The notes beneath the pieces are model-generated. The model saw only the letters and a list, made by a program, of their open reading frames with translations, ran no database searches and had not been told where the DNA came from. The position numbers were made by a program, and so were the translations under genes. From the NCBI GenBank assembly GCA_964245015.1, contig CAXTMA010000001.1:383-64382 (forward strand): DNA of 64,000 nucleotides. The letters run 5' to 3'. Positions 1-10,714 of this stretch are shown one piece after another (the first letter of the stretch is position 1; every line of letters starts with the position of its first letter). This DNA comes from an uncultured Beijerinckiaceae bacterium (GTDB lineage Bacteria > Pseudomonadota > Alphaproteobacteria > Rhizobiales > Beijerinckiaceae).

Positions 1-147
1 GATCGCCCTGACGTCCCTCACGCGGCGAATGGCATCGATGATCGCCGACTTCCGCTCCGCCGGGACGGCAAGGACGCGGGTCCGGTCGCCGCCCTCGCAC
101 CAGGTGCGTCGCCCTCTCGCAACGATCTCGCCGAAGTCAGCTCCCAT
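1..147 (-). CDS. hypothetical protein, N-terminal part only (gene continues past window start)
   Basis: ATG at 145-147 (minus) opens MGADFGEIVARGRRTWCEGGDRTRVLAVPAERKSAIIDAIRRVRDVRAI, still open at base 1. G/C-rich third codon positions. No motif recognised. Absent from the ORF track because it is truncated. Confidence 0.25.
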   Translation of the reverse strand, partial: MGADFGEIVARGRRTWCEGGDRTRVLAVPAERKSAIIDAIRRVRDVRAI

Positions 148-300
148 GATCCTTCCACCCTCGCGCCGGCTCGCCGAAGTTCGGCCGTGCGCATCGAGCC
201 TGGACCACGCTCGATCGGAAAGGCAGGATGCGACCGCGCGTCGCTTCAACCAAGGCGGCTCCTTGATCCGGTTCCATATGGCAAATCCTTGGGTCCTCGC

Positions 301-1458
301 GTGAACCCGCGTTTCGCTCCGTCGCGCCTCGATCGTTTACGGCGACATCTGGCAGCCGATGTCGCGGCGGGCGCCATCGCCGGTGCCGACGTTTGCATCG
401 GCGGAGCCGAGGCCGAGATCTGGCGCGCCACGGTCGGCGTCCGGGATGTCGCGTCGGGCGAGCCGCTGCGCCCCGACGCGGTCTGGCGCATCTTCTCGAT
501 GACCAAGACGCTGGTCTCCGCCGCCGCGCTGGTGCTGATGGAACGCGGCGCGCTGCGGCTCGACCAGGAGGTGGCGGAGTTCATCCCCGCCTTCGCCGAG
601 CTGCGCGTTCTCGGCGAAAACGGCGGCACGGTGCCCGCGACGCGCGCGCCGACGATCCACGACCTGCTGCGCCACACGGCGGGCCTCGGCTACGGCTATC
701 TTGGCGAGGGTCGGCTGCAGCGCCTCTTCGCCGACGACGGCCTGTTGCGCGAGGACCTCGCCAACGCCGATTTCGCCGAGCGCCTCGCCGGCCTGCCCCT
801 CGCCTATCAGCCCGGCACGACGTGGCACTATTCCCACGCCACCGACGTGCTCGGCCGCGTGCTGGAAGTGGCGGGCGGCGGCGACCTCCAGAGCGTGCTC
901 GCCGACACGCTTTTCGCCCCGCTCGGCATGGTCGACAGCGCGTTCCGCCTGCCCGACCGCGACGCGGGGCGCGTCGCCGAGCCCTTGCCGCAGGCGCCGA
1001 ACCAGCGGCCGGTGTTCGGCGATCCCTGCCAGCGGCGGCTGGGGCAGCGCGGCAACGGCGGGTTGGTGTCCACAACGGCCGATTACGCCCGTTTCCTCCG
1101 CGCGCTGCTCTGCGCCGCTCGGCCGGGTCTTGCAGGGGACGACCCCGTCCTGTCGCCGGCGACGGTCCGACTGATGACCTCGGACCATCTCGGCCCGATC
1201 GCCCGCGCACCGTACTACCCGCCGGGGCCGGGCTACGGCTTCGGGCTCGGCGTCGCCGTGCGTCGCGCGTGGGGAGAAGCCCCGTTTGCCGGCTCGCCCG
1301 GCGACTGGTTCTGGAGCGGCGTCGGCGGAACCTACTTCTGGGTCGATCCCGCCCACGCCTTCTTTGTCATCCTGATGATGCAAACCTCCTCGCCCTCTCA
1401 GCGCCTGCACTATCGTTCGCTCACCCGCGCCCTGGTCTACGCCGCCCTTGACGCGTGA
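301..1458 (+). CDS. serine hydrolase, beta-lactamase/esterase (class C-like) family
   Basis: ORF 187-1458. SxxK nucleophile motif in RIFSMTKTLVSAAALVLMERG and a second motif in WHYSHATDVLG. Start placed at in-frame GTG 301 (VNPRFAPSRLDRLRRHL...), where family N-termini usually begin; the longest ORF starts at 187. Confidence 0.85.
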   Translation: MNPRFAPSRLDRLRRHLAADVAAGAIAGADVCIGGAEAEIWRATVGVRDVASGEPLRPDAVWRIFSMTKTLVSAAALVLMERGALRLDQEVAEFIPAFAELRVLGENGGTVPATRAPTIHDLLRHTAGLGYGYLGEGRLQRLFADDGLLREDLANADFAERLAGLPLAYQPGTTWHYSHATDVLGRVLEVAGGGDLQSVLADTLFAPLGMVDSAFRLPDRDAGRVAEPLPQAPNQRPVFGDPCQRRLGQRGNGGLVSTTADYARFLRALLCAARPGLAGDDPVLSPATVRLMTSDHLGPIARAPYYPPGPGYGFGLGVAVRRAWGEAPFAGSPGDWFWSGVGGTYFWVDPAHAFFVILMMQTSSPSQRLHYRSLTRALVYAALDA

Positions 1459-1600
1459 AGGCCGGCGCGGTCTCGGGGCGGCCCCGTGAGTCCTGATCGC
1501 CGCAGGCAGATCCCGTTAGCTAAAGCTTAGACCGATGGCGCTAGCCTTCGAGCAATCTGGCGCAATGGACCGGCGCACGACCGTCGAGGATTGATCGCCC

Positions 1601-4600
1601 ATGGAGCACGATGCAGATCACCTGCCTCGGCAGCCGATCGCCCGGAGGGGCCCGCTCTTTCTTCCGGTGTGCGCGCTCCTCGCGGCCTCCCTCCTATGGC
1701 TGCCGATGCTGTACCACCTTCAGCAGAAACGCGCGGGCGACCTGGCGCAGGCGCGGCGCGACGCGACCAACATGTCGATCGCCCTTGCCGAGCAGGTGTC
1801 GCGCCTGATCGAGGGCGCCGACCAGATGCTGCAGCTGATGCAGGCGGATTTCGCCAGGGATCCGCAGCGTTTCGACCTCGACGGCTGGGTGAAGCGCTCG
1901 GGGTCCCTGCGCGCCATCGCCAACCAGATCGCGGTCTTCGACGCGCAGGGCGACCTCGTCCTCTCCATGCGGGCGGATGTGGCGGGCAAGAGGGTCAACG
2001 TCGCCGATCGGCCTGCTTTTGCCCACTTCAAGTCGCACGCCGATGCCGGCCTGTTCGTCGGCACCACCTATCCCAGCCGTATCCAGCGCGCGATGGTGCT
2101 GCCGCTGGTGCGTCGCCTCAACGGCCCCGACGACGCGTTCGCCGGCGTGATCTCGATCTCGCTCGATCCCGAATACCTCGCCCGGCACTTCCAGGCGCTC
2201 GACATCGGCCGCGACGGCATCGTCGCCCTGATCGGCCGCGACGGCTACATCCGAGCCCGAAGCCCCTCCGTCGCCGGCATGTACACCAGGAACATGCGCG
2301 AAGATCCCGCCCGCGCGGACATCTTCAAGGCGCTGGAGCGATCCACCGCCCAAACGCACGACCTGACCAGCGCCTTCGATGGGAAAACGAGGATCTACAC
2401 CTACCGCAACGTGTCCGCGCTGCCCCTCGTCATCGCCGTCGGCCTGTCGACCGAGGAGGTGCTCGCCGCCTCGCGAGGCGAACTCGCGCGCATGGCGGCC
2501 ATCGGCATCGGCGTGACGGCCGTCATCGTGCTTCTGCTCGCCTTGCTGATGCGCGAGCAGCAACGGCGCCAAGCACGGGAGCAGGCCCTCGCGAGCAGCC
2601 ATGCCGCCCTCGCCGAGGCCGAGGCCGGCTTTCGCGGCATCTTCGAGAGTTCGCCCGACATCTTGTGCGTACATCGGATCGCACCCGATGGCTCGATCCT
2701 GGTCGATGCCCTCAATCCCGCGGCACGCGCGTCGCGCAACATCACCGCAGACGCCTGCGGACAGCGCCTTGCCGACGTCCTGCCGGCGCCCCTCTACGCC
2801 GAGGCCCGTCGCCGCATCGAGCAGGTCGTCGCCAGCGGCAAGATGCTGCGGCTGCACGACGAAGGCTCGATCGAGGCAGGCCGCGACTGCGAGATCGTGA
2901 TGGTGCCGCTCTTCGCCGACGGCGGGGATCGGCGTGTCGGCCGGGTTGTCGTCAGCATCCGCGACGTCTCGCACCTGCGCAGGGCCGAATGCGCCGTGGC
3001 GCGCAGCGAGGCGCGCTTCCGTTTGCTGGCCGAATCCACCGGCGACATGATCACGCGCCTGAACCTGCACGACTTTTCACGCGAGTACGTTTCGCCGGGA
3101 TGCCGCGGTCTCCTCGGCTACGAGCCCGCCGAGATGCTGGGCAAGGTGCCCTCCGACGCGATGCACCCCGAGGATGCGCCCCGCGTCCGCGCGCAAACCC
3201 GAGCGCTGGTGTCGGGCGACGGGGACGAGGAGGTCACGGCGACCTATCGTGTGCGCCATAAGCTGGGGCACTGGGTGTGGGTGGAGGGGCGGGTGAGCCT
3301 GGCGCGCGACGGGTCCGGCACGCCGATCGCGATCGTCTGCTCGCTGCGCGACGTCACCGAGCGTCTCAAGGCCGAGGCGGCCGTGCGGGCCAGCGAGACG
3401 AGGTTCCGCCTGCTGGCGGAGAACACCAGCGAGTTGATCGTCCTCGGCAAGCAGGACGGCACCCGCACCTACATCTCACCCGCCTCGCGACGCTTGTTCG
3501 GTTACGGACCCGAGGAGTTGGCCGGCGAGATGTTGTCGCAGCGGTGGGTCCACCCCGACGACCGCGACCTCCTTGCCGAGGCGACGCTGGGCGACGATGC
3601 CGCCACATCCGTCATCTGCAGGGTTGGCCACAAGGGCGGCGCATGGATCTGGGTCGAGGCGATCATTCGGCGCTTCGCGACGGCCAGCGCCGACGAACCC
3701 TCCATCATCGCGACCTTCCGCGACGTGTCGGAACGGCAAGCCCAGGCGCAGGCCCTGCAGCGGGCCAAGGAGGCGGCCGAGCAGGCGAGCCAGGCGAAGA
3801 CCGACTTCCTCGCCGCGATGAGTCACGAGATCCGCACGCCGCTCAACGCCGTGCTCGGCTATGCCGACCTGCTGCTGGCCGACACCGGTCTGACCGGCGA
3901 CCGGCGGGTCAGCCTTGAGCGCATCCAGAACGCCGGCTCGGCGCTGCGCACCGTGGTCGACGACATCCTGGACTTCTCCAAGATCGAGGCCGGCGAGATC
4001 GATCTCGTGTCGCGCCCCTTCCATCCTGGAGCGTTGGTCGACAATGCCACGTCGATCGTGCGCGGATCGGCGCAGGCCAAGGGCCTCGACCTCATCGTGG
4101 ATCTCGGTCCCGACGTGCCCGCCTCGCTGCTTGGCGACCACGACAGGCTGCGCCAGATCCTCCTCAACCTCCTCAACAACGCCATCAAGTTCACACCGGC
4201 CGGTGCCGTGACCTTGTCGATCCGCTCGCTGCGGCGCGACGCTGGAACGGTCCGCCTGAGATTCGGCGTCGCCGATACGGGGATCGGCATTCCCGGGGAA
4301 AAGATCGACCGGCTGTTTCAGCGCTTCTCGCAGGTTGATGGATCGATCAGCCGCGAGTTCGGCGGAACCGGCCTGGGGCTGGCCATCTGCCGGCGCCTCG
4401 TCGAGGCGATGGGTGGCGCCGTCGGCGTCAGCAGCGAGGTCGGCCGCGGCTCCGCCTTCTGGTTCGACGTGGCGCTGCCCGTCGCGGCATCGGGCGCAGT
4501 GGCGGCGGGCGGACGGATCGAGGTGCCGACGGATCGCGCGATGGCCGTGCTCCTGGTGGAGGACCAGCCGCTCAACCGAGATCTGGCGCGCGCGGTGCTC

Positions 4601-5269
4601 GAATCGGCCGGTCACCTCGTGGTGAGCGTCGACAACGGCGCGGCGGCGATCACCGCCGTCCTCGCGCAAACCTTCGACGTCGTGCTCATGGACGTGCAGA
4701 TGCCGGTGATGGACGGCATTGAGGCGACGAAGCAGATCCGCCTCCTGAAGGATCCGGCCAGCCGCGTGCCCATCATCGCGATGACGGCCAACGTGCTCCC
4801 CGTGCAGGTGGCGGCGCTGCGGGCGGCGGGGATGGACGACCATGTCGGCAAGCCGTTCCGCAGGGAAGACCTGCTGGCGAGCGTCGCGCGGCGGGGCGGA
4901 CCGGATCGTGAGGCGGGCCGCGGGGCCGTTGCGGCCCTCCGTTCCGCGCTGGATGTCAAGACGTTTCACGATCTCGAAGCGATCATCGGGCAGGCGTCGA
5001 TCCGCAGGATCCTGGCCGAAACGCTGGAACAGGTCGCCGCCATCCTCGCGATCGCGGATCGCGAGGCTTGCGCCGCGCGCGCCCATGGCCTGCTCGCGGC
5101 AGCCGGCACCGTGGGTCTGCCCGGTCTCGCCTGCGCCCTGCGGGAGCTGGAACGCGCCTGCTCGACGGGGGCTCCGGTCGCGGCGGCTTTGGACGATGTG
5201 GAAAGGTCACTCGCGCAAGCCCGGCGGGCGGTCGCCTCCTGCGCCGGGTCGACCACCGCTGCGGCGTGA
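1601..5269 (+). CDS. hybrid sensor histidine kinase/response regulator (periplasmic Cache-like sensor, PAS repeats, HisKA, HATPase, receiver, HPt)
   Basis: 1222 aa. Two TM segments flank a periplasmic sensor region, followed by three PAS-like blocks. H-box [13 protein letters not shown]. ATPase boxes DTGIGIP and [15 protein letters not shown]. Receiver [11 protein letters not shown]...[13 protein letters not shown]...KPF. C-terminal HPt-like helices. Confidence 0.9.
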   Translation: MEHDADHLPRQPIARRGPLFLPVCALLAASLLWLPMLYHLQQKRAGDLAQARRDATNMSIALAEQVSRLIEGADQMLQLMQADFARDPQRFDLDGWVKRSGSLRAIANQIAVFDAQGDLVLSMRADVAGKRVNVADRPAFAHFKSHADAGLFVGTTYPSRIQRAMVLPLVRRLNGPDDAFAGVISISLDPEYLARHFQALDIGRDGIVALIGRDGYIRARSPSVAGMYTRNMREDPARADIFKALERSTAQTHDLTSAFDGKTRIYTYRNVSALPLVIAVGLSTEEVLAASRGELARMAAIGIGVTAVIVLLLALLMREQQRRQAREQALASSHAALAEAEAGFRGIFESSPDILCVHRIAPDGSILVDALNPAARASRNITADACGQRLADVLPAPLYAEARRRIEQVVASGKMLRLHDEGSIEAGRDCEIVMVPLFADGGDRRVGRVVVSIRDVSHLRRAECAVARSEARFRLLAESTGDMITRLNLHDFSREYVSPGCRGLLGYEPAEMLGKVPSDAMHPEDAPRVRAQTRALVSGDGDEEVTATYRVRHKLGHWVWVEGRVSLARDGSGTPIAIVCSLRDVTERLKAEAAVRASETRFRLLAENTSELIVLGKQDGTRTYISPASRRLFGYGPEELAGEMLSQRWVHPDDRDLLAEATLGDDAATSVICRVGHKGGAWIWVEAIIRRFATASADEPSIIATFRDVSERQAQAQALQRAKEAAEQASQAKTDFLAAMSHEIRTPLNAVLGYADLLLADTGLTGDRRVSLERIQNAGSALRTVVDDILDFSKIEAGEIDLVSRPFHPGALVDNATSIVRGSAQAKGLDLIVDLGPDVPASLLGDHDRLRQILLNLLNNAIKFTPAGAVTLSIRSLRRDAGTVRLRFGVADTGIGIPGEKIDRLFQRFSQVDGSISREFGGTGLGLAICRRLVEAMGGAVGVSSEVGRGSAFWFDVALPVAASGAVAAGGRIEVPTDRAMAVLLVEDQPLNRDLARAVLESAGHLVVSVDNGAAAITAVLAQTFDVVLMDVQMPVMDGIEATKQIRLLKDPASRVPIIAMTANVLPVQVAALRAAGMDDHVGKPFRREDLLASVARRGGPDREAGRGAVAALRSALDVKTFHDLEAIIGQASIRRILAETLEQVAAILAIADREACAARAHGLLAAAGTVGLPGLACALRELERACSTGAPVAAALDDVERSLAQARRAVASCAGSTTAAA

Positions 5270-5406
5270 CGCCGCGGTTCGGCCGAGGCGTCCGCGCGCA
5301 TCGCGTTGCGGCGGATGCCTCGCTTGCCGCTCACGCGACGGCTGGCCTCGGCTCTATCCAAAGCGGGAGGAGATCGCGTTATCGGACCGATGGGCAAGCC
5401 AAGCAT

Positions 5407-5422
5407 CTCTGGTATACCAGAG
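5407..5422. promoter_or_regulatory. 16-bp perfect palindrome CTCTGGTATACCAGAG, candidate GntR/FadR-type operator upstream of oxlT
   Basis: Perfect inverted repeat with an AT-rich core in GC-rich DNA, 65 bp upstream of the oxlT ATG. The same core recurs at 6878-6891. Confidence 0.45.
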
Positions 5423-5486
5423 GTGCTCAGCAAGGCCTCCCGGCACCCGCAAGACCGGCGCCTCCTGAGGAGAGGAACGACCCGCG

Positions 5487-6782
5487 ATGGAAGATTCCGA
5501 CAAGTCTTCGGCGAAATGGGTGCAGCTGGCGCTGGGCGTCTTCTGCATGGCGATGATCGCCAACCTGCAATACGGATGGACGCTGTTCGTCGATCCGATC
5601 GACGCCAAGTTCCACTGGGGTCGCCCGGCCATCCAGCTGGCCTTCACCTTGTTTGTCGTGACGGAAACCTGGCTGGTGCCGGTCGAGGCCTGGTTCGTCG
5701 ACCGATACGGTCCGCGCGTCGTCGTCATGCTCGGCGGCGTTCTCATCGGCACCGCCTGGGTGCTCAATTCGGTCGCGACGTCGCTGTTCGTGCTCTATGC
5801 CGCCGCGGTCGTGGGCGGTGTCGGCGCGGGCTGCGTGTACGGAACCTGCGTGGGCAATGCGCTGAAGTGGTTTCCCAACCAGCGCGGACTGGCCGCCGGC
5901 GCGACGGCTGCCGGCTTCGGCGCCGGTGCCGCCGTCACCGTGGTGCCCATCGCCAAGATGATCGCATCGAGCGGCTACAGCCAGGCTTTCCTGTTCTTCG
6001 GCATCGGACAGGGGGCGCTGGTGCTGCTGGCCTCGCTGTTCCTGCGCAAGCCGACCCGGATGATCCCACCCTCGCGCAAGCGCCTGAACCTCCCGCGCTC
6101 CACCGTGAGCCGGACGCCGGCCGAGATGCTGCGCACGCCGGTGTTCTGGCTGATGTACGTGATGTTCGTGATGGTTGCCGCGGGCGGCCTGATGGCGGCG
6201 GCGCAGATCGCTCCCGTTGCCAAGGATTTCAAGGTCGCCAGCGTGCCGGTCAATCTCCTTGGCCTGCAGATGGCCGCGCTGACCATGGCGATCTCGCTGG
6301 ACCGCGTCTTCGACGGTTTCGGCCGGCCGGTCTTCGGCTACATTTCCGACCGGATCGGGCGGGAAAACACGATGATGATCGCCTTCACCACCGCGGCGAT
6401 CGCGATCGCCACCCTGATCACGTTCGGCACCAACCCGATCGTCTTCGTTCTCGCAACCGCCGTGTTCTTCGGCGTCTTCGGGGAAATCTACAGCCTGTTC
6501 CCCGCCACCTCGGGCGACACCTTCGGGCCGGAGTTCGCGACCACCAACAACGGCCTGCTCTACACCGCCAAGGGCACCGCCGCCTTTCTGGTGCCGGTCG
6601 CGAGCGAAGTCGCGGCGACCTACGGCTGGAACGCGGTGTTCTCCGTCTCGATCCTATTCAACCTGACGGCGGCCGGTCTCGCCTTCTTCGTTCTGAAGCC
6701 GTTGCGCCTCAGGTACATCGACGGCGGCGAAGCCAAGGTCGAGAAACCGATCACCGTGTCGACCAAGCCTCATACCGCCTGA
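5487..6782 (+). CDS. oxlT: MFS transporter, oxalate:formate antiporter (OFA) family
   Basis: 431 aa with 12 predicted TM helices. Matches my recollection of Oxalobacter OxlT (QYGWTLF, FVDRYGPR, KWFPNQRGLAAG, EMLRTPVFWLMY). Lies directly upstream of oxc and frc. Confidence 0.85.
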   Translation: MEDSDKSSAKWVQLALGVFCMAMIANLQYGWTLFVDPIDAKFHWGRPAIQLAFTLFVVTETWLVPVEAWFVDRYGPRVVVMLGGVLIGTAWVLNSVATSLFVLYAAAVVGGVGAGCVYGTCVGNALKWFPNQRGLAAGATAAGFGAGAAVTVVPIAKMIASSGYSQAFLFFGIGQGALVLLASLFLRKPTRMIPPSRKRLNLPRSTVSRTPAEMLRTPVFWLMYVMFVMVAAGGLMAAAQIAPVAKDFKVASVPVNLLGLQMAALTMAISLDRVFDGFGRPVFGYISDRIGRENTMMIAFTTAAIAIATLITFGTNPIVFVLATAVFFGVFGEIYSLFPATSGDTFGPEFATTNNGLLYTAKGTAAFLVPVASEVAATYGWNAVFSVSILFNLTAAGLAFFVLKPLRLRYIDGGEAKVEKPITVSTKPHTA

Positions 6783-6789
6783 CCGACGG

Positions 6790-6818
6790 GCGTCGCCGGC
6801 GCCTTGCCCCGGCGACGC
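6790..6818 (+). terminator. GC-rich hairpin after oxlT (10-bp stem GCGTCGCCGG/CCGGCGACGC, 9-nt loop)
   Basis: Perfect stem 8 nt after the oxlT stop. No U-tract, so terminator function is uncertain. Confidence 0.35.
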
Positions 6819-6872
6819 GGGTGCGAGAACGCCCTTTCGTCACCTTATCCATCGAACGGCAGAGTCGACTTT

Positions 6873-6891
6873 TGGTATCTGGTATACCAGA
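6873..6891. promoter_or_regulatory. palindrome TCTGGTATACCAGA plus an extra TGGTAT half-site, candidate operator upstream of oxc
   Basis: 14-bp perfect palindrome at 6878-6891 sharing TCTGGTATACCAGAG with the site at 5407-5422. About 132 bp upstream of the oxc ATG. Confidence 0.45.
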
Positions 6892-7022
6892 GCTTGCGGC
6901 ATCACTTAGGACGGGAACCGGCCGGCTGCGGCGGGACCCGAAGCGACCGGGTCCGGAAGACGGAAGTTCGCCGTCGAGCGCGGCGGCTCATCCAAATGCA
7001 ACGCAACACACAGGAAGACGGC

Positions 7023-8771
7023 ATGTCCGCATTGGCGCAGATCAAGGACAGCGGGGCGGCCGCCACCGAAATGGCGGAATTGACCGACGGCTTTCATCTC
7101 GTCATCGACGCGCTGAAGCTCAATGACATCCATACGATCTACGGCGTTCCCGGCATTCCCATCACCGACCTCGGCCGCCTCGCCCAGGCGCAGGGCATGC
7201 GCGTCATCTCCTTCCGCCACGAGCAGAACGCCGGCAACGCCGCCGCAATCGCCGGCTTCCTCACGCAAAAGCCCGGCATCTGCCTCACCGTTTCGGCGCC
7301 CGGCTTCCTCAACGGATTGACCGCGCTGGCCAACGCCACCACCAACTGCTTCCCGATGATCCTCATCTCCGGCTCGTCGGAGCGCGAGATCGTCGATCTG
7401 CAGCAGGGCGACTACGAGGAGATGGATCAGCTCGCCATCGCCAAGCCCCTGTGCAAGGCGGCCTTCCGGGTGCTTCACGCCGCCGACATCGGCATCGGCG
7501 TGGCCCGCGCGATCCGCGCCGCCGTGTCCGGCCGACCGGGTGGCGTGTACCTCGACCTGCCGGCCAAGCTGCTGTCACAGGTGATGGACGCCGACGCCGG
7601 CAAGAGGTCGTTGGTCAAGGTGATCGACGCCGCGCCGCAGTCGATCCCCGCGCCGACCGCGATCAAGCGTGCCGTCGACGTGCTGAAATCAGCCAAGCGT
7701 CCGCTCATCATCCTGGGCAAGGGCGCCGCCTACGCCCAGGCCGATACGATCGTGCGCTCGTTCGTCGAAACCTCCGGCATACCCTACGTGCCCATGAGCA
7801 TGGCCAAGGGCCTGCTGCCCGACACCCACCCGCAGTCGGCCGGCGCCGCGCGCTCGACCGCGCTCAAGGACTCCGACGTGGTGTTGCTGGTCGGCGCCCG
7901 CCTCAACTGGCTGCTGTCGCACGGCAAGGGCAAGACCTGGGGTGAGCCGGGATCGACGAAGTTCATCCAGATCGACATCGAGCCGCGCGAGATGGACTCG
8001 AACGTCGAGATCGTCGCCCCGGTCGTCGGCGACGTCGGCTCCTGCCTCGCGGCCATGCTGAAGGAGATGGGCGAGGGCTGGGCGGCCCCGCCGTCCGACT
8101 GGCTCGGCATGCTGAAGGCGCGCAAGGAGGCCAACATCGCCAAGATGGCGCCCAAGCTGATGCAGAACTCGACGCCGATGAACTTCCACGGCGCGCTTGG
8201 CGCCTTGAAGACCGTGATCGCCGAGCGCCCCGATGCCATCCTGGTCAACGAGGGCGCCAATACGCTCGACCTCGCCCGCGGCATCATCGACATGCACAAG
8301 CCGCGCAAGCGCCTCGACGTCGGCACCTGGGGCATCATGGGCATCGGCATGGGCTATGCCGTCGCGGCGGCGGTGGAAACCGGCCATCCCGTGCTCGCCG
8401 TCGAGGGCGACAGCGCCTTCGGCTTTTCCGGCATGGAAGTGGAAACGATCTGCCGGTACAACCTGCCTGTGTGCATCGTGGTGTTCAACAACGACGGCAT
8501 CTATCGCGGCACCGATACCAACCCGACCGGGGGCGCCGACGTCGCGCCGACCGTTTTCGTCAAGGGCGCGCGCTACGACAAGATGATGGAAGCCTTCGGC
8601 GGCGTTGGCTACCACGTCACCACCCCCGACGAGCTTCGCCGCGCCGTCAACGAGGCGATGGATACGGGCAAGCCGACGATCATCAACGCGGTGATCGATC
8701 CCGCCGCCGGCACCGAGAGCGGCAACATCGGCAGCCTCAACCCGATGAGCTCGCTTCCCAAGAAGAAGTGA
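7023..8771 (+). CDS. oxc: oxalyl-CoA decarboxylase (ThDP-dependent)
   Basis: Start at [11 protein letters not shown]... inside ORF 6804-8771. Long collinear matches to my recollection of O. formigenes OXC: [97 protein letters not shown]. Confidence 0.95.
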   Translation: MSALAQIKDSGAAATEMAELTDGFHLVIDALKLNDIHTIYGVPGIPITDLGRLAQAQGMRVISFRHEQNAGNAAAIAGFLTQKPGICLTVSAPGFLNGLTALANATTNCFPMILISGSSEREIVDLQQGDYEEMDQLAIAKPLCKAAFRVLHAADIGIGVARAIRAAVSGRPGGVYLDLPAKLLSQVMDADAGKRSLVKVIDAAPQSIPAPTAIKRAVDVLKSAKRPLIILGKGAAYAQADTIVRSFVETSGIPYVPMSMAKGLLPDTHPQSAGAARSTALKDSDVVLLVGARLNWLLSHGKGKTWGEPGSTKFIQIDIEPREMDSNVEIVAPVVGDVGSCLAAMLKEMGEGWAAPPSDWLGMLKARKEANIAKMAPKLMQNSTPMNFHGALGALKTVIAERPDAILVNEGANTLDLARGIIDMHKPRKRLDVGTWGIMGIGMGYAVAAAVETGHPVLAVEGDSAFGFSGMEVETICRYNLPVCIVVFNNDGIYRGTDTNPTGGADVAPTVFVKGARYDKMMEAFGGVGYHVTTPDELRRAVNEAMDTGKPTIINAVIDPAAGTESGNIGSLNPMSSLPKKK

Positions 8772-8853
8772 GGGAGGCCGGTGCGTTCCGGTGTAAGCAG
8801 GCATCGACCGGGTTCCGCCACGCGGAGGAGCCTGAACGATCGGGATCGATGAG

Positions 8854-10131
8854 ATGAGCAAGGCGCTCGCCGGCGTAAGAATCCTTGATTTCACCCACGT
8901 CCAGTCCGGACCGACCTGCACCCAGCTGCTGGCCTGGTTCGGCGCCGACGTGATCAAGGTCGAGCGTCCGGGCGTCGGCGACATCACGCGCACGCAGCTG
9001 CGCGACATTCCCGACGTCGACAGCTTGTACTTCACGATGCTCAACCACAACAAGCGGTCCATCACCATCGATGCCAAGCAGCCGGACGGAATGGCCGTTC
9101 TTGAGCGCCTGATCGCCGCCTGCGACGTGATGGTCGAGAACTTCGCGCCGGGCGCGCTGGCCCGGATGGGGTTGACCTGGGAGAAGATCCAGTCGTTGAA
9201 CGGCCGCATGATCGTCGCCTCCGTGAAGGGCTTCGGCCCGGGTCCCTTCGAGGACTGCAAGGTGTACGAGAACGTCGCGCAGTGCGTCGGCGGGGCCGCT
9301 TCGACGACCGGGTTCCGCGAGGGCGTGCCGCTGGTGAGCGGGGCGCAGATCGGCGACACCGGCACCGGCCTCCACCTCGCCCTTGGCATCGTCACCGCCC
9401 TTTACCAGCGCACGCAGACCGGCCGCGGGCAGAAGGTCGACTGCGCGATGCAGGATGGCGTGCTCAACCTTTGCCGGGTCAAGCTGCGCGATCAGCAGCG
9501 CCTGGCCCGTGGACCGCTCGCGGAATACAGCCAGTTCGGCGAGGGCATCCCCTTCGGCGATGCGGTCCCCCGCGCCGGCAACGATTCCGGCGGCGGCCAG
9601 CCCGGCCGGATCCTGAAATGCCGGGGCTGGGAAATCGACCCCAACGCCTACATCTACGTCGTGGTCCAGGCGCCTGTGTGGCCGGCGGTGTGCGACATCA
9701 TCGGCGAGCCGGCGTGGAAGGTCGCGGCCGAGTACGCCACCCAGGCCGCGCGCCTGCCGCGCCTGCCGGCGATCTTCGCCCGGATCGAGGCTTGGACGCA
9801 GACCCAGAGCAAGCTGGAGGCGACCCGCATCTTCAACGCCCACGAGATTCCCTGCGGTCCCATCCTGTCGATGGCCGAACTCGCCGTCGAGCCGTCGCTG
9901 AGGAGGACCGGCACCGTGGTGGAGGTCGAGCACCCGCAGCGCGGTTCCTACTTGACGGTTGGCAGTCCCATCAAGCTGTCCGACAGCCCCGTCGTGGTGG
10001 AGCGCTCGCCGCTGCTGGGCGAGCATACGGCGGAGATCCTGCGCGACGTCCTCGACCTGCCCGATGCCGACATCGCCGATTTGCTGGAAACCGGCGCCTT
10101 CGGGCCGGTGACGCGGATCGCGGCGGAATGA
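8854..10131 (+). CDS. frc: formyl-CoA:oxalate CoA-transferase (type III CoA-transferase)
   Basis: 425 aa. N-terminus [46 protein letters not shown] is typical of Frc. Starts 82 nt after oxc. Confidence 0.95.
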   Translation: MSKALAGVRILDFTHVQSGPTCTQLLAWFGADVIKVERPGVGDITRTQLRDIPDVDSLYFTMLNHNKRSITIDAKQPDGMAVLERLIAACDVMVENFAPGALARMGLTWEKIQSLNGRMIVASVKGFGPGPFEDCKVYENVAQCVGGAASTTGFREGVPLVSGAQIGDTGTGLHLALGIVTALYQRTQTGRGQKVDCAMQDGVLNLCRVKLRDQQRLARGPLAEYSQFGEGIPFGDAVPRAGNDSGGGQPGRILKCRGWEIDPNAYIYVVVQAPVWPAVCDIIGEPAWKVAAEYATQAARLPRLPAIFARIEAWTQTQSKLEATRIFNAHEIPCGPILSMAELAVEPSLRRTGTVVEVEHPQRGSYLTVGSPIKLSDSPVVVERSPLLGEHTAEILRDVLDLPDADIADLLETGAFGPVTRIAAE

Positions 10132-10162
10132 CGAGCGCGGGTGCGCCGACGGATCCGCGGCG

Positions 10163-10627
10163 ATGAGCGGGCCGAGCCCTTCGTTCGACGCTGCGCAGCT
10201 CGTGGCGGCGGCGGGCGATGCTATCATCGCCGCCGACGAGCACGGTGCCATCGTGCTGTGGAACGCCGCCGCCGAGCGCATCTTCGGCTATTCGCAGGCG
10301 GAGGCTGTCGGGCAGACGCTGGATCTCATCACCCCGGAGCGGCACCGCAGGCGGCACTGGCAGGGATATCAAACATCCATGCGCACGGGGCAGACGCGCT
10401 ACGGCGCCGAGGTTCTGCGGGTGCCGGCGATGCGCAAGGACGGCGGCGCGCTCTCGATCGCCTTCACGGTGGCGATGCTGCGCGATGCCGACGCCAAGGT
10501 CAGCGCCATCGTCGCCATCATCCGCGACGAGACGGCCCGCTGGGGCGAGGAGCGCGAGCTGCGCCGCCGCCTCGGCGAGCTTGAGGCCGCCGCACATGGC
10601 CGGGTTGCGGCGGGCGACCCCACTTGA
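10163..10627 (+). CDS. stand-alone PAS-domain protein
   Basis: 154 aa. PAS core AIIAADEHGAIVLWNAAAERIFGYSQAEAVGQTLDLITPERHRRRHWQGY...LRVPAMRKDGGALSIAFTVAMLRD with no output domain. Confidence 0.8.
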   Translation: MSGPSPSFDAAQLVAAAGDAIIAADEHGAIVLWNAAAERIFGYSQAEAVGQTLDLITPERHRRRHWQGYQTSMRTGQTRYGAEVLRVPAMRKDGGALSIAFTVAMLRDADAKVSAIVAIIRDETARWGEERELRRRLGELEAAAHGRVAAGDPT

Positions 10628-10629
10628 GC

Positions 10630-10655
10630 CAAGTGGCACGAAAGCAAGTGGCACG
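10630..10655. promoter_or_regulatory. direct repeat CAAGTGGCACG x2 (15-bp period) upstream of the second frc
   Basis: 11-bp unit at 10630-10640 and 10645-10655. Each copy contains TGGCAC but lacks a proper -12 TTGC element. Confidence 0.3.
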
Positions 10656-10660
10656 CGTTT

Positions 10661-10685
10661 CCCTGGCAAGACGTCGCCAGGGTTT
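10661..10685 (+). terminator. hairpin CCCTGGC-N8-GCCAGGG followed by TTTG, after the PAS gene
   Basis: 7-bp perfect stem and 8-nt loop, followed by a short T run. Lies between the PAS stop (10627) and the frc2 start (10715). Confidence 0.35.
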
Positions 10686-10714
10686 GATCATCAACCAAAT
10701 TGGAAAGGCTTGAC

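Noticed and set aside
10631-10660. A sigma-54 promoter suggested by two TGGCAC motifs upstream of frc2.
   Set aside because: The -12 element is absent at the required spacing: TGGCAC-gaaag-CAAG and TGGCAC-gcgtt-TCCC, instead of TTGC. It is kept only as a direct-repeat observation.
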